NCBI GenBank assembly: GCA_037385265.1
Contig: JARRNG010000020.1
Span: 1-51,514, forward strand
Direction: 5' to 3'
Source of the DNA: Nitrospirota bacterium
Lineage (GTDB): Bacteria; Nitrospirota; Thermodesulfovibrionia; Thermodesulfovibrionales; JdFR-86
Length of the DNA: 51,514 nt
The translations under genes were made by a program, and so were the position numbers. The first letter of the stretch is position 1. Every line of letters begins with the position of its first letter. This document shows, piece after piece, positions 33,777 to 44,164 of the stretch. The notes under the pieces were generated by a model. The model did no database searches. It saw nothing but the letters and a program-made list of their open reading frames with translations, and was not told where the DNA came from.

Positions 33777-35773
33777 TTAAGCTATCTTCTCGAGATTCGC
33801 AAACTTGAGGGAGAGTCTCTTGATGCCGTAGTCGGGGAAATTCACGGTTATTTTCTGCTCGTCGCCTTCGCCGTAACAGTCCCTGACCACTCCCACGCCC
33901 CACTTGGTGTGCTTGACCCTGCAGCCCACCGAATACGGGGCAGGACGGCCCTTGGCCTTATGCCGGCGCAGGCCCTTGCCCGAGGAGACCCCCTTTAGGG
34001 ACTTGTCTATCTTATTGCAGATTTCTTCGGGAAGGTCGTTCAGGAACCGAGAGATCTCCTGCTCCTGGACCTTGGAAAACAGCCTCCTCTTCCTCGCGCC
34101 GCTTAGGAAAAGCATGTCCCGTGCCCTGGTGATGCCTACGTAGAGGAGCCTGCGCTCCTCCGAGACCTCCTTCGGGTCCTGGGCCTTGAAGTAGGGAAGG
34201 ACGCCTTCCTCGATGCCGACGATGCCGACCACGGGGAACTCCAGGCCCTTGGCGCTGTGGAGGGTCATTAGCGATATGGCGTTGTCAGAGCAGTCTTCGT
34301 CGAGGTTTGTGACCAGCGAGAGCTCGTCCACGAAATTCTTCGGCTCCCTGCCCTCGGCCGACAGGATGAATTCCTCGACAATCTCCGCCCGGTCCTCGTT
34401 CACGGACTTGGCGTAGCCGCTCTTGTCGTATATATGCCTCAGCATGTCCGCCGAGTCCTTGTACTTTCCGGAGGCTATTCCGTCTATGAGAGAAACGAAG
34501 CCCTCGAGCTTTTCCTTGACGGAGGCCGTTATGCTGTTGGCCTTTATAACGTTCTTGATAGAGGCGTAAAGGCTGATGGACTTCTTCTTTGCGTTCTGCT
34601 CGAGTTTCGAAAGGGTGGAGGCGCCGACGCCCCTCGACGGGGTGTTGATGACCCGCCTCAGGCTCACGTTGTCGTCACGGTTGAGGGCGAGCCTCATGTA
34701 AGCCGTCAGGTCCTTGATCTCCTTGCGGCGGTAGAAGCTAACGCCGCCGAGAACCCTGTAAGGCATCTTTTCGCGCCTCAGGGCCTCCTCGATGGCCCTC
34801 GACTGCGCGTTTATGCGGTAGAGGACGGCAAAGTCCCTGTAGTCGTATTCGCCCTTGAGGTAAAGCTCCTTTATCAGCTTGGCGACGTGCTTTGCCTCCT
34901 CAATCTCGGTGGAGAACCAGCACTGGGATATCTTCTCGCCCTCGGGCCTTGAGCTCCAGAGCTTCTTGTCCCTGCGCTTGACGTTGCTCTTGATGATCAC
35001 GTCCGAGATATGGATGATGTTCTTCGTTGAGCGGTAGTTCTGTTCGAGTTTTATGACCGTGGCATCTGGGAAGTCCTTCTCGAAGTTCAGGCGTACTGCG
35101 CGGTGTTGGTATCCTGGAACTCGTCGACCAGGATATGCGAGAACATTTCCCGGTATTTCCCCATCTCCTCCGGATGTTCCCTGAAGAGCTGTGTGGTGAG
35201 CAGTATGAGGTCGTCGAAGTCGACGGCGTTGCAGCGCTTGAGCTCGTCCTGGTAGCGGATGTATACCCTGGCCAGCTTCTCCTCGAAGCCGAACCCGTCG
35301 CAGTCCGAAAGGTAGGAGTCGGGGGTTACGCAGCACGACTTCAGGGAGCTTATCCTCGACAGGATGCCCTTGTACAGGGCCTCGTAGATCTTGAACTCCT
35401 TGAGGATGTGCCTTATGAGGTTGCTCTGGTCGTCTTCATCGTAAATGGTGAAGTCCGTCTGGTAGCCGAGCTTCCCTATCTCCCTGCGCAGAATCTTGTT
35501 GCACTGGGAATGAAAGGTGCCTATCCAGGTATTCCTGAGGTCCTTCCTGAGGAGCAGGGAGATGCGCTCCTTCATCTCCTCGGCGGCCTTGTTCGTGAAG
35601 GTGACGGCCAGCATGGAGCGGGGTCCGTGCTTCTTTGCGAGGTACGCGAATTTGTGCGTGATTACCCTGGTCTTGCCGCTTCCGGCGCCGGCCAGGATAA
35701 GGAGAGGCCCTTCGCAATGAGTTATGGCCTCTTTTTGCTGGGGGTTCAACTCTTCGAGTATGGGGTCCGCCAT
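33777..35773 (-). pseudogene. UvrD/PcrA/Rep-type SF1 DNA helicase, disrupted by an internal deletion and frameshift
   Basis: The 5' frame has LNPQQKEAI, Walker A GAGSGKT and ILVDEFQDTNTAQYA, then TGA at 35087. The 3' frame resumes at LNFEKDFPDATVIKLEQNYRS. Motif III (VGDxDQSIYxFRGA, about 33-35 codons) is absent from every frame. Confidence 0.8.
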
Positions 35774-35831
35774 GAGAATGAAGTATTTTAACAAATTACA
35801 GTTGGCATAGTCCAGCAATACATAGGGAGGG

Positions 35832-37658
35832 CTATTCCACCGTGACGCTCTTGGCGAGGTTCCGGGGCTGGTCGATGTTACAGCCCCTGAGGACGCCGAC
35901 GCGGTAAGCCAGGAGTTGCAGCGGCACGGTAAGCGCAAGCGGCATGGCCAGGGGTGTGCAGTCCGGGACCTCGATGACGTGGTCGGCGAATTCCCGGAGC
36001 TCGGCGGCGCCCCCCGAGGTCACGGCGATGATGCTGCCGTCCCTGCTCTTGATTTCCTGTATGTTTGAAAGCACTTTCTCGAACAGGCCATCCCTGGGGG
36101 CGAGGGCGATGACCGGGAAGCCCTCGCTTATGAGGGCTATGGGCCCGTGCTTCATCTCTCCGGCCGGGTAGGCCTCGGCGTGGATATAGGATATTTCCTT
36201 GAGTTTGAGGGCCCCCTCCAGGGCAATCGGGTAGTTTATTCCCCTTCCTATAAAGAGGAAGCCGTTCCGGTTGGCGTAGGCCTTGGCAATGTCCTCGACG
36301 GCCCCGTCCACGGCCAGGGTCTTTTCTATCTTGTCGGGCATTGCCAGGAGCTCCGAAAGAAGCTCCCGATTCCTCGCGTCGCCTATGGTCCCCCTGGAGC
36401 GTCCGAGGGCCACGGCGAGCAGATAGAGGGCCGCAAGCTGCGCCGTGAAGGCCTTGGTGGAGGCTACCCCTATCTCGGGTCCCGAGTGGGTATAGAACAC
36501 CGAATGGGCCTCCCTGGAAGCGGTGCTCCCTGTGACGTTGCATATGCTCAGCGTCCTGGCCCCGAGCTTGCGAGCCGTTCTCTGGGCGGCCAGGGTGTCG
36601 GCCGTCTCGCCCGACTGGGTTATGGATACGAAGAGCCCCTCGCTCCCCACTATGGGGTTTCTGTAACGGAATTCGGAGGCTATGTCCACCTCCACCGGCA
36701 TTCGGGCCAGTTCCTCTATGAGGTATTTCCCCACAATCCCGGCATGCCAGGAAGTGCCGCAGGCCACGATGTAAACCTTGCTTATCTTCCTAAGCTCCTC
36801 CTTGGTCAGGTGGAACTCGTCGAGGTTGACCTCGCCGGTCTCCACGTTGATGCGGCCGGCGAGGGTGTCGGCCAGGGAGCGGGGCTGTTCGAATATCTCC
36901 TTGAGCATGAAGTGTCTGTAGCCGCCCTTTTCCGCCATGGCGCTGCTCCAGGTAATGTGGCTGACTTCCTTTTCGATCTTCTCGCCCCCGGCGCTATAGA
37001 TCGAATAGCCGTCCTTCTCGATGACCACAAGCTCGCCGTCCTCGATGAAGACCACATCCCGCGTGCGGCCGAGGAACGCCGGTATGTCGGAGGCGAGGAA
37101 GTACTCCCCGTCTCCCAGGCCGAGCACCAGGGGGCTGTCCTTTCGCGCGCCCACCACCTTGCCGGGCTCTCTGTCGCTGATAACGGCAAGGGCATAGGCC
37201 CCCCTGATGCCCTTTACGGTCTCTCTTACGGCCTCCTCTAGGGAGCGCCCCGCGGAGTGCTTGTTTATGAGGTGGCTGATTATCTCGGTGTCGGTTTCGG
37301 AGGTGAAGACGAAGCCCTCGGCCTTGAGCGTCCTCTTTAGCTCCATGTAGTTTTCCACTATCCCGTTATGGACCAGCACGATGCCGTCGGACCTGTGGGG
37401 ATGGGCGTTTTCGGTGGAAGGCCTTCCGTGGGTGGCCCACCTGGTGTGGCCGATGGCCGTGGTGCTTTCGGGCTTGTCGTCCGAGAAGAGGGAAGCCAGG
37501 TCGCTTATCTTTCCCTTGCACCGCCTTACGTCTATAGAGTCGCCCGCGAAGAAGGCGATGCCCGCTGAGTCATAGCCCCGGTATTCGAGACGCTTTAGGG
37601 CCTCCAGGGTTACGGAGATGGCGTCGCTATGGCCGGTGTAACCGATGATTCCGCACAT
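35832..37658 (-). CDS. glmS: glutamine--fructose-6-phosphate aminotransferase (isomerizing)
   Basis: MCGIIGY Ntn-Cys start, two SIS domains, and C-terminal KSVTVE. Confidence 0.95.
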   Translation of the reverse strand: MCGIIGYTGHSDAISVTLEALKRLEYRGYDSAGIAFFAGDSIDVRRCKGKISDLASLFSDDKPESTTAIGHTRWATHGRPSTENAHPHRSDGIVLVHNGIVENYMELKRTLKAEGFVFTSETDTEIISHLINKHSAGRSLEEAVRETVKGIRGAYALAVISDREPGKVVGARKDSPLVLGLGDGEYFLASDIPAFLGRTRDVVFIEDGELVVIEKDGYSIYSAGGEKIEKEVSHITWSSAMAEKGGYRHFMLKEIFEQPRSLADTLAGRINVETGEVNLDEFHLTKEELRKISKVYIVACGTSWHAGIVGKYLIEELARMPVEVDIASEFRYRNPIVGSEGLFVSITQSGETADTLAAQRTARKLGARTLSICNVTGSTASREAHSVFYTHSGPEIGVASTKAFTAQLAALYLLAVALGRSRGTIGDARNRELLSELLAMPDKIEKTLAVDGAVEDIAKAYANRNGFLFIGRGINYPIALEGALKLKEISYIHAEAYPAGEMKHGPIALISEGFPVIALAPRDGLFEKVLSNIQEIKSRDGSIIAVTSGGAAELREFADHVIEVPDCTPLAMPLALTVPLQLLAYRVGVLRGCNIDQPRNLAKSVTVE

Positions 37659-39044
37659 CTATTTCTTCTTCCGGGGCCTTCTTCTGTTTATGTTCTTCTG
37701 AGGGGCCCTGCTTATGGCAAGGTGCCCCGGTGGTACGTCCTTCGTGACCGTAGTGCCGGCCCCTATGTAGGCGCCGCGGCCCACCTTGACCGGGGCCACA
37801 AGCTGGGTGTCGCTGCCCACGAAGACCCCTTTGCCGATTTTGGTCTTGTGCTTCTTGACGCCGTCGTAATTGCAGGTGATGGTGCCGGCCCCTATGTTCA
37901 CCCCGGAGCCCACGTCGGCGTCGCCTATGTAGCTCAGGTGCATGGCCTTGGTGCCCTCGCCGATGGAGGAGGCCTTCACCTCGACGAAATTCCCTATCTT
38001 CGATGCTCGGCCTATGAGGCTCCCGGGCCTGAGGTGGGCAAAGGGGCCCACCGCCGCCCCCGGGCCGACAACTGACTCCTCGACCAGGGAGGTGTCCTTG
38101 ATGACGGCGCCGTCCTTAAGGGTGCTGTCCACAATCCTCACGTTGGGATAGACGGTGCACCCCCTGCCAATTCTGGTGGCCCCCTGGAGATAGACGTTGG
38201 GGTATATGACCGTGTCCGCGCCTATGGCGACGTCCGGCTCGATGTGGACCGAGAACATGTCCACGAAGCTGACGCCGCGGGATATCCATTTTTCGATGGT
38301 CCTCTCGCGCATCACCTCGTGGGCCAGCGCCAGGTCCTCCCTCGTGTTGACCCCCAGGAACTCGCTCTCGCTGCCAAGGCAATAGGCGCCCGAGCGCAGA
38401 TTTTCCCTGGAAGCTATCTCGACGACGTCGGTCAGGTAATATTCGCCTTTCCTCTCGTTCAGCCTTATGGCGTCAAGCAGGCGGAGGGCAGGGCCCTCGA
38501 AGGCGTAGACCCCGCTGTTGACCTCTTCGATGTCAATCTGTTCCGGAGTGGCGTCGAGCCTTTCCACAATCTGTAACGGCCTACCGCCCGCGTCCCTGAG
38601 GACCCGGCCGTAGGCGCCGGGGTCGTCGGCCATGAAGGAGACGAAAGAGACGTCGTTGCGGTCCTTCCTGTGAAGGGCGATGAATTTCTTGAGGGTCTTT
38701 GTCAGAAGGAGGGGGGTGTCGCCGTTTACCACGAGCACCGTGCCCTTAAAGCCCCGGAGCTTCCGGGCCGCCGTCTTGAGGGCGTGGGCCGTGCCCCTCT
38801 GCTCCCGCTGAAGGACGAACTCCACGCCCTCGGGAGCCCCCACGGCTTCGCGCACGCGGGAGAGCTTCCCTCCGGCCACCACGACCGTCATCCGGGGTTT
38901 GAGGCCGCCGAGGGAGTCCAGCACGAGCTGCAAGAGGGGCTTGCCGTAGATCCTGTGCAGGACCTTCGGGGTTTCCGACTTCATCCTCGTGCCTAGGCCG
39001 GCGGCGAGTACCACGCAGGCAAGTCCGCTACGCCTTGCCGCCAT
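37659..39044 (-). CDS. glmU: bifunctional UDP-N-acetylglucosamine diphosphorylase / glucosamine-1-phosphate N-acetyltransferase
   Basis: VVLAAGLGTRMKS nucleotidyltransferase loop and a C-terminal left-handed beta-helix of hexapeptide repeats. Confidence 0.93.
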   Translation of the reverse strand: MAARRSGLACVVLAAGLGTRMKSETPKVLHRIYGKPLLQLVLDSLGGLKPRMTVVVAGGKLSRVREAVGAPEGVEFVLQREQRGTAHALKTAARKLRGFKGTVLVVNGDTPLLLTKTLKKFIALHRKDRNDVSFVSFMADDPGAYGRVLRDAGGRPLQIVERLDATPEQIDIEEVNSGVYAFEGPALRLLDAIRLNERKGEYYLTDVVEIASRENLRSGAYCLGSESEFLGVNTREDLALAHEVMRERTIEKWISRGVSFVDMFSVHIEPDVAIGADTVIYPNVYLQGATRIGRGCTVYPNVRIVDSTLKDGAVIKDTSLVEESVVGPGAAVGPFAHLRPGSLIGRASKIGNFVEVKASSIGEGTKAMHLSYIGDADVGSGVNIGAGTITCNYDGVKKHKTKIGKGVFVGSDTQLVAPVKVGRGAYIGAGTTVTKDVPPGHLAISRAPQKNINRRRPRKKK

Positions 39045-39799
39045 CAGGACTCCACTTCCTTTGCCACTTCTTCGGGGATGTCGAAATTGGCGTAGACGTT
39101 CTGCACGTCGTCGTGGTCTTCGAGGGCCTCCATCAGCCGGGCCATCTGCTCCGCGGTCTTGGCGTCGAGCTCCACGTAGTTTTTCGGAAGCATCGTGACC
39201 TCGGCGAGGGCCACAGGTATGTTTGATGCCTCGAGGGCGGCCTGCGCCTCGCTGAGATTTTCGGGCTCGGTGATGATCTCGTAGCTATCCTCCCCGGGTT
39301 CGTTCTTCATGTCTATAGCCCCCGCGTCGAGGGCCACCGCCATGAGTTTTTCCTCCCCCGCCTTCCTTTTGTCTACGAGAATGTAGCCCCTCTTGTCGAA
39401 TATCCACGCCACGCAACCGCTTTCGCCCATGCTCCCGCCGTTCTTTGACATCAGGTGCCTGATTTCCGAGACCGTGCGATTGCGGTTGTCGGTGAGGGCC
39501 TCGATGAGCACCGCCACCCCGCCGGGGCCGTACCCTTCGTAAGATACTTCCTCGTACGAGGTGCCGGGGAGCTCGCCCGTGCCCTTCATTATGGCCCTGG
39601 AGATGTTGTCCTGGGGCATGTTGACCTCTTTGGCCTTCTCGATGGCGAGCCTGAGCCGCGGGTTGGCGCCGGGGTCGCCGCCGCCCATGCGGGCCGCCAC
39701 GGCTATCTCCTTGACTATCTTGGAGTAGACCTTTCCCCTCTTTACGTCGGTGCGGGCCTTCTTGTGCTTGATCTGCGCCCACTTGGAATGTCCAGCCAC
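39044..39799 (-). CDS. yebC: YebC/PmpR-family transcriptional regulator
   Basis: (V)[22 protein letters not shown] start. GTG start with an AAGGAG Shine-Dalgarno. Its stop overlaps the glmU start by 1 nt. Confidence 0.92.
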   Translation of the reverse strand: MAGHSKWAQIKHKKARTDVKRGKVYSKIVKEIAVAARMGGGDPGANPRLRLAIEKAKEVNMPQDNISRAIMKGTGELPGTSYEEVSYEGYGPGGVAVLIEALTDNRNRTVSEIRHLMSKNGGSMGESGCVAWIFDKRGYILVDKRKAGEEKLMAVALDAGAIDMKNEPGEDSYEIITEPENLSEAQAALEASNIPVALAEVTMLPKNYVELDAKTAEQMARLMEALEDHDDVQNVYANFDIPEEVAKEVES

Positions 39800-39956
39800 G
39801 CGCGCGTCTCCTTATCCCTTTACTGTATTCTCCGGGCCCCGCGCGGAGCTCCAGGACCTCCGCATCTCAGGGCCGTCATTTTCCGTGATGCAACCGAGTT
39901 CTCCAGAGAAGCCGACCGTGGAGGCCATGGGGGTCTCCCGCGTTCCCGTCTTCTTC

Positions 39957-41321
39957 CTATTGGAGCCCATAGTCCTTTATCTTGGTCAGAAGCGTCTTAT
40001 AGCTCACGCCGAGCGTCTTGGCCGCACTGGTCTTGTTTCCTCCCGCCTCGTCGAGGGCCTTCCTGATGCGGCTTGTTTCCGCTATTCTCTGCGCCTCTCT
40101 TGCCGTTTCGGCGAGCGAGCCACCCATTGGCACTTCGTCGATGGGAAAGCCGTCGCGGGCGGGGCTCAGAGATATGTGTTCGGGAGATATCGCACCACCT
40201 TCGGACAGTATTATAGCACGTTCTATGGCGTTTTTAAGTTCCCTGACATTGCCCTTCCAGCCGTAGTTCTTGAGCTTTTCGAGGGCCTGGGGCGATACCT
40301 CTCCCATGCCGGTCTTCATCTCCGCAGCGCCTCGGGAGATGAAGTGCTCAACCAGGGCCGGGATATCCTCTTTCCTGTCCCTGAGAGGGGGTAGCAAGAG
40401 GGGAAAGACGTTGAGCCTGTAAAAGAGGTCCTCCCGGAACGCTCCCTCCGAGACCGCCCGTTCGAGGTCCTTGTTGCTTGCGGCTATCACCCTCACGTCC
40501 ACCTTGATGGGGCCCGAGCCTCCCAGGCGCTCGATCTCGCCTTCCTCGAGGGCCCTCAGGAGCTTAGCCTGGAGGGCCATGTCCATCTCGCCTATCTCGT
40601 CCAGGAATATCGTGCCCCTGTCGGCGAGGGCGAACTTGCCCGTCTTACTGGAGTCGGCCCCCGTGAAGGCCCCTCTTTCGTACCCGAACATCTCCGACTC
40701 CAGGAGGTTCCCCGGTATGGCGGCGCAGTTGATGGGAATGAAGGGGAATTCCTTGCGGTCGCTTAGCTGGTGGATGGCCCTGGCGAAAAGCTCCTTCCCC
40801 GTTCCGCTCTCCCCGAGAATCAGGACGGTGGTCTTTGTGGGGGCCACCTTTCGCACCTTCTCGGCCACCCCCCGCATGACCCTGCTTGTGCCAACTATTT
40901 CCGGCATGCCGAACCTGGAGCGGAACTCGTCCCTGAGGACGATGTTTTCGGTGAGGAGCCTGCGGTTTTCCAGGGCCCTGCGGACCAGCATCAGGAGATG
41001 GTCCACGTCGAAGGGCTTGGTTATGAAGTCGAAGGCCCCTTCCTTCATGGCCTCCACCGCCGTCTGGACCGAGCCGAAAGCCGTCATGACTATTACCGGC
41101 CTGAGGGGATTGTTCGCTTTGGAGGCCTTGAGCACCGCGATGCCGTTGGCGCCGGGGAGTTTCAGGTCCGTAAGCACTATGTCGGGGCTTTCCCGGGTGA
41201 TGGCGCCGATGCCGGTCTTCCCGTCGGGGGCGGTCACGGCCCTGTAGCCTTCGCTCTCCAGGGTCTCCTTCAGCATGCGGGCCATGGAGGGCTTGTCTTC
41301 CACAATCAGCACGGTCAGCAT
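39957..41321 (-). CDS. sigma-54-dependent response regulator (NtrC family)
   Basis: Receiver domain (LIVEDK, VLTDLKLPG), AAA+ domain GESGTGKELFARAIH, GAFTGA loop, and C-terminal Fis-type HTH AAKTLGVSYKTLLTKI. Confidence 0.88.
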   Translation of the reverse strand: MLTVLIVEDKPSMARMLKETLESEGYRAVTAPDGKTGIGAITRESPDIVLTDLKLPGANGIAVLKASKANNPLRPVIVMTAFGSVQTAVEAMKEGAFDFITKPFDVDHLLMLVRRALENRRLLTENIVLRDEFRSRFGMPEIVGTSRVMRGVAEKVRKVAPTKTTVLILGESGTGKELFARAIHQLSDRKEFPFIPINCAAIPGNLLESEMFGYERGAFTGADSSKTGKFALADRGTIFLDEIGEMDMALQAKLLRALEEGEIERLGGSGPIKVDVRVIAASNKDLERAVSEGAFREDLFYRLNVFPLLLPPLRDRKEDIPALVEHFISRGAAEMKTGMGEVSPQALEKLKNYGWKGNVRELKNAIERAIILSEGGAISPEHISLSPARDGFPIDEVPMGGSLAETAREAQRIAETSRIRKALDEAGGNKTSAAKTLGVSYKTLLTKIKDYGLQ

Positions 41322-41356
41322 AGTCCAATTATTCTAACATATGTATATAATAAATC

Positions 41357-42292
41357 ATGATTTTTGCAGTCGTCGACGTCGGCTCAAATACGCTTAGGCT
41401 CCTCGTCTCCGACGTTTCGGGGCGGGGGGCCAGGCCCCTGAGGTACGAGCGCGTGATAACGAGGCTCGGAGCCGGCCTCGGGGAAAGCGGCCTTCTCGGA
41501 GAAAAAGCTTCGGAAAACAGCCTCGCCGCACTTTCGAGGTTCGCCGAAATCATCCGCCAATCGGGGACCGAACGCACCTGGTGCGTGGGCACGAGCGCCC
41601 TGAGGGAGGCCCGGAACGCCAGGGACTTCGTAGAGAGGGCGAGGCGCGAGGCCGGCCTCGAGGTGGAGATAGTGGACGGTGAAAGGGAAGCCCGGCTGAC
41701 GGCCAGGGGGGTGCTGTCGGCCATAGACGGGCCCCGTGAGTATCTGATCATGGATATCGGCGGAGGCAGCACCGAGTTCATCTATTCCACCGATGAGCCA
41801 TCCGGCGCCCGACACCTGACGGTGCCGGTGGGGGTGGTGAAGATGGTGGAGGCCCACATGCATGCCGACCCACCGACGGATGAAGAGCTCGCGGCCCTGC
41901 GGGAAGCGGCGCGGGGGGTCTCGGTTGTCCTGAAAGACGAGTTCGGGGGTGGGGCGAAAGATGGCGCCAGGCTCGTCGGAACGGCGGGAACGGCGACCAC
42001 CCTGGCGGCTATCGACCTCGGGCTTGAGCGCTTCGATGCCGGGAGGGTCCATAACCACGTCATACCCCTCGCGCGGCTCGAAGAGATGGCCTCCTCCCTC
42101 TGCTCCATGCCGGCGTCGGAAAGGGCGGGCGTAAAAGGGCTTGAGCCCCAGCGCGCAGACTTGATTATACCGGGGATAATACTTACAATTAGCGTAATGA
42201 CGGCGTTTTCCTTCCCGGAAATCCTCATAAGCAGCGCCGGACTGCTTGAGGGAATGGCGGAAGAGCTCTACGAAAGGACGATCCGCCGGTAA
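41357..42292 (+). CDS. Ppx/GppA-family phosphatase (exopolyphosphatase / pppGpp phosphohydrolase-like)
   Basis: AVVDVGSNTLRLLV and MDIGGGSTEF ASKHA-fold motifs. 311 aa. Confidence 0.85.
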   Translation: MIFAVVDVGSNTLRLLVSDVSGRGARPLRYERVITRLGAGLGESGLLGEKASENSLAALSRFAEIIRQSGTERTWCVGTSALREARNARDFVERARREAGLEVEIVDGEREARLTARGVLSAIDGPREYLIMDIGGGSTEFIYSTDEPSGARHLTVPVGVVKMVEAHMHADPPTDEELAALREAARGVSVVLKDEFGGGAKDGARLVGTAGTATTLAAIDLGLERFDAGRVHNHVIPLARLEEMASSLCSMPASERAGVKGLEPQRADLIIPGIILTISVMTAFSFPEILISSAGLLEGMAEELYERTIRR

Positions 42293-42300
42293 TAGGCACA

Positions 42301-43668
42301 GTGGACAGGTTCATAGAGGGCAGGGCAGCTATCCCGATTATAGATCATCTCAGGGATTCGGTCGTCATCGCTTCGAGGAATGGAAAGATCGTCGAGGCAA
42401 ACGCGGCCTTTCTGAGCCTCGTCGGGACTTCGAAGGAAAAGGTTGTCGGCAGGGACTCAAGCGACGTGGAGCCCCTCGAAACGCTCGCCAACGTCATGAC
42501 GTCGACGGTGCTTCACAGGATGAAACACAGAGAGAGGTTTGTCTACAGGGGGCGTTCTCTCGAGGCCACCGTGACCCCTATTGTCATTGAGGGGGAAGTG
42601 GCCTACGTCCTCGTCGTGCTGGTGGACATCTCGGCGTTCGTCAACCTCGAGGCGCAGTACCTCAGGAAGAACAGGGAGCTCATCATAACCAACACTTTGT
42701 CGAGCGCATTCATAAGCTCAGGCGACATCGACTCGGTCTTCAGCGACCTGCTGGAGAAGGCCCTCATAATAGCCCACCTCACCCTGGGGTGGATAATGCT
42801 GAGGGACGGGGACGGGCACGAGATGAAGGTGTCAAATGGCCTTTCGGCGGACTTGAGGAAGCGCATCCAAAGGGGGAACCTCAACCCCCTCCTGGAGAAG
42901 GCGTTGTCCTTTCGCGCCCCCCTCCATGTGCTTGAGAAGGCCGACACGATGAAGGACGAGGTGCTGAGTGGGGAGGGCATTGCCTTCCTGGTCGTTATTC
43001 CCCTGCGGACCGGGGCCGAAGTGCTCGGATGCCTCGTGCTTGCGAGCAGGAAGGAGACCGTGTTCGACTTCGACCTGGCCTCGCTCCTGTCCCTCATAGG
43101 CAACAACCTCTCGATGATAGCCGACAAGGTGAGGCTCTTTCAGGAGACCGAGCGCCTGGCGATAACCGACGGCCTCACGGGACTTTACAATATCAGGCAC
43201 TTCTACGCCGAGTTGGACAAGGAGATTGCCAGGGCCGAGAGGTACTCGAGTTCTTTTTCCATAGCGCTCTTCGACGTAGACGACTTCAAAGTCATAAACG
43301 ACACCTTCGGCCATCAGGCCGGCGACGAGGTGCTTCGGGACGTGGCCGCTATGATTCTGCACGTCTCGCGAAAGACGGACGTAGTGGCAAGATACGGGGG
43401 CGAAGAGTTTATCACCCTTCTGCCCAATACCCCCAAGAAGGAGGCCTTCCACCACGCTTGCAGAATCAGGGATGCCGTGGAGCTCAAGCGATATCTGGGT
43501 TCCAAATCCGTTTCGCTGACCATCAGCGGCGGGGTAGCCTCCTATCCTGTGGACGCGAATGTCGCAAAGAACCTTTTGTCCGCTGCCGACGTGGCCTTGT
43601 ACAGTGCCAAGGCCGCGGGCAAGAAGAGCGTTCATTGCTATGGGCGCGATGGCTCGGGAAGATGCTGA
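42301..43668 (+). CDS. PAS/GAF-containing diguanylate cyclase (GGDEF)
   Basis: ITDGLTGLYNIRHF, FDVDDFKVINDTFGHQAGD and RYGGEEF. An RKTD I-site lies 5 residues before GGEEF. GTG start. Confidence 0.85.
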   Translation: MDRFIEGRAAIPIIDHLRDSVVIASRNGKIVEANAAFLSLVGTSKEKVVGRDSSDVEPLETLANVMTSTVLHRMKHRERFVYRGRSLEATVTPIVIEGEVAYVLVVLVDISAFVNLEAQYLRKNRELIITNTLSSAFISSGDIDSVFSDLLEKALIIAHLTLGWIMLRDGDGHEMKVSNGLSADLRKRIQRGNLNPLLEKALSFRAPLHVLEKADTMKDEVLSGEGIAFLVVIPLRTGAEVLGCLVLASRKETVFDFDLASLLSLIGNNLSMIADKVRLFQETERLAITDGLTGLYNIRHFYAELDKEIARAERYSSSFSIALFDVDDFKVINDTFGHQAGDEVLRDVAAMILHVSRKTDVVARYGGEEFITLLPNTPKKEAFHHACRIRDAVELKRYLGSKSVSLTISGGVASYPVDANVAKNLLSAADVALYSAKAAGKKSVHCYGRDGSGRC

Positions 43669-43674
43669 TGCGGC

Positions 43675-44154
43675 TTGGGTCGGAGGACTGTTGCCGTGAA
43701 GATTAGGAAGGCGAAGTCTTCCGACGTTCGGACGGTGCACCGCCTGATCAACTCCATGGCCGCCGAGGACCAGATGCTTCCCCGGTCCCTGAACGACCTG
43801 TACGAAAATTTGAGGGACCTTTCCGTGTGCGAGGACGAGGGGGCGATAAAAGGAGTTTGCGCGCTCCATGTCTTGTGGGAGGACCTTGCCGAGATAAGAA
43901 GCCTCGCTATAGCGGGCGACTCACGCAAGAAGGGCCTGGGCGGCCTCCTGGTGAAGCGCGCCCTGAAGGAGGCCAAGGCGCTGGGCATAAGGAAGGTCTT
44001 CGCCCTTACATACCAGCCGCAGTATTTCATCGAGAAGTTCAAGTTCAGGGAGGCCGACAAGGCGGAGCTCCCCCAGAAAATATGGGGAGAATGTCTGAGG
44101 TGCCACAAATATCCCGAATGCGACGAGACCGCTGTCATAAAGGAAATAAGATAG
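43675..44154 (+). CDS. GNAT-family N-acetyltransferase (short ArgA-like)
   Basis: Acetyl-CoA motif RKKGLGGLLVKRAL and a C-terminal Cys cluster CLRCHKYPEC. The start could be the GTG at 43696. Confidence 0.75.
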   Translation: MGRRTVAVKIRKAKSSDVRTVHRLINSMAAEDQMLPRSLNDLYENLRDLSVCEDEGAIKGVCALHVLWEDLAEIRSLAIAGDSRKKGLGGLLVKRALKEAKALGIRKVFALTYQPQYFIEKFKFREADKAELPQKIWGECLRCHKYPECDETAVIKEIR

Positions 44155-44164
44155 GAGGAAAAGC

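Noticed and set aside
39888-39906. Sigma-54-like motif (minus strand CTGGAGAACTCGGTTGCAT) upstream of yebC
   Set aside because: The GG-to-GC spacing is 11 nt rather than 10, and the -24 element reads TGGAG rather than TGGCA. This is probably chance.
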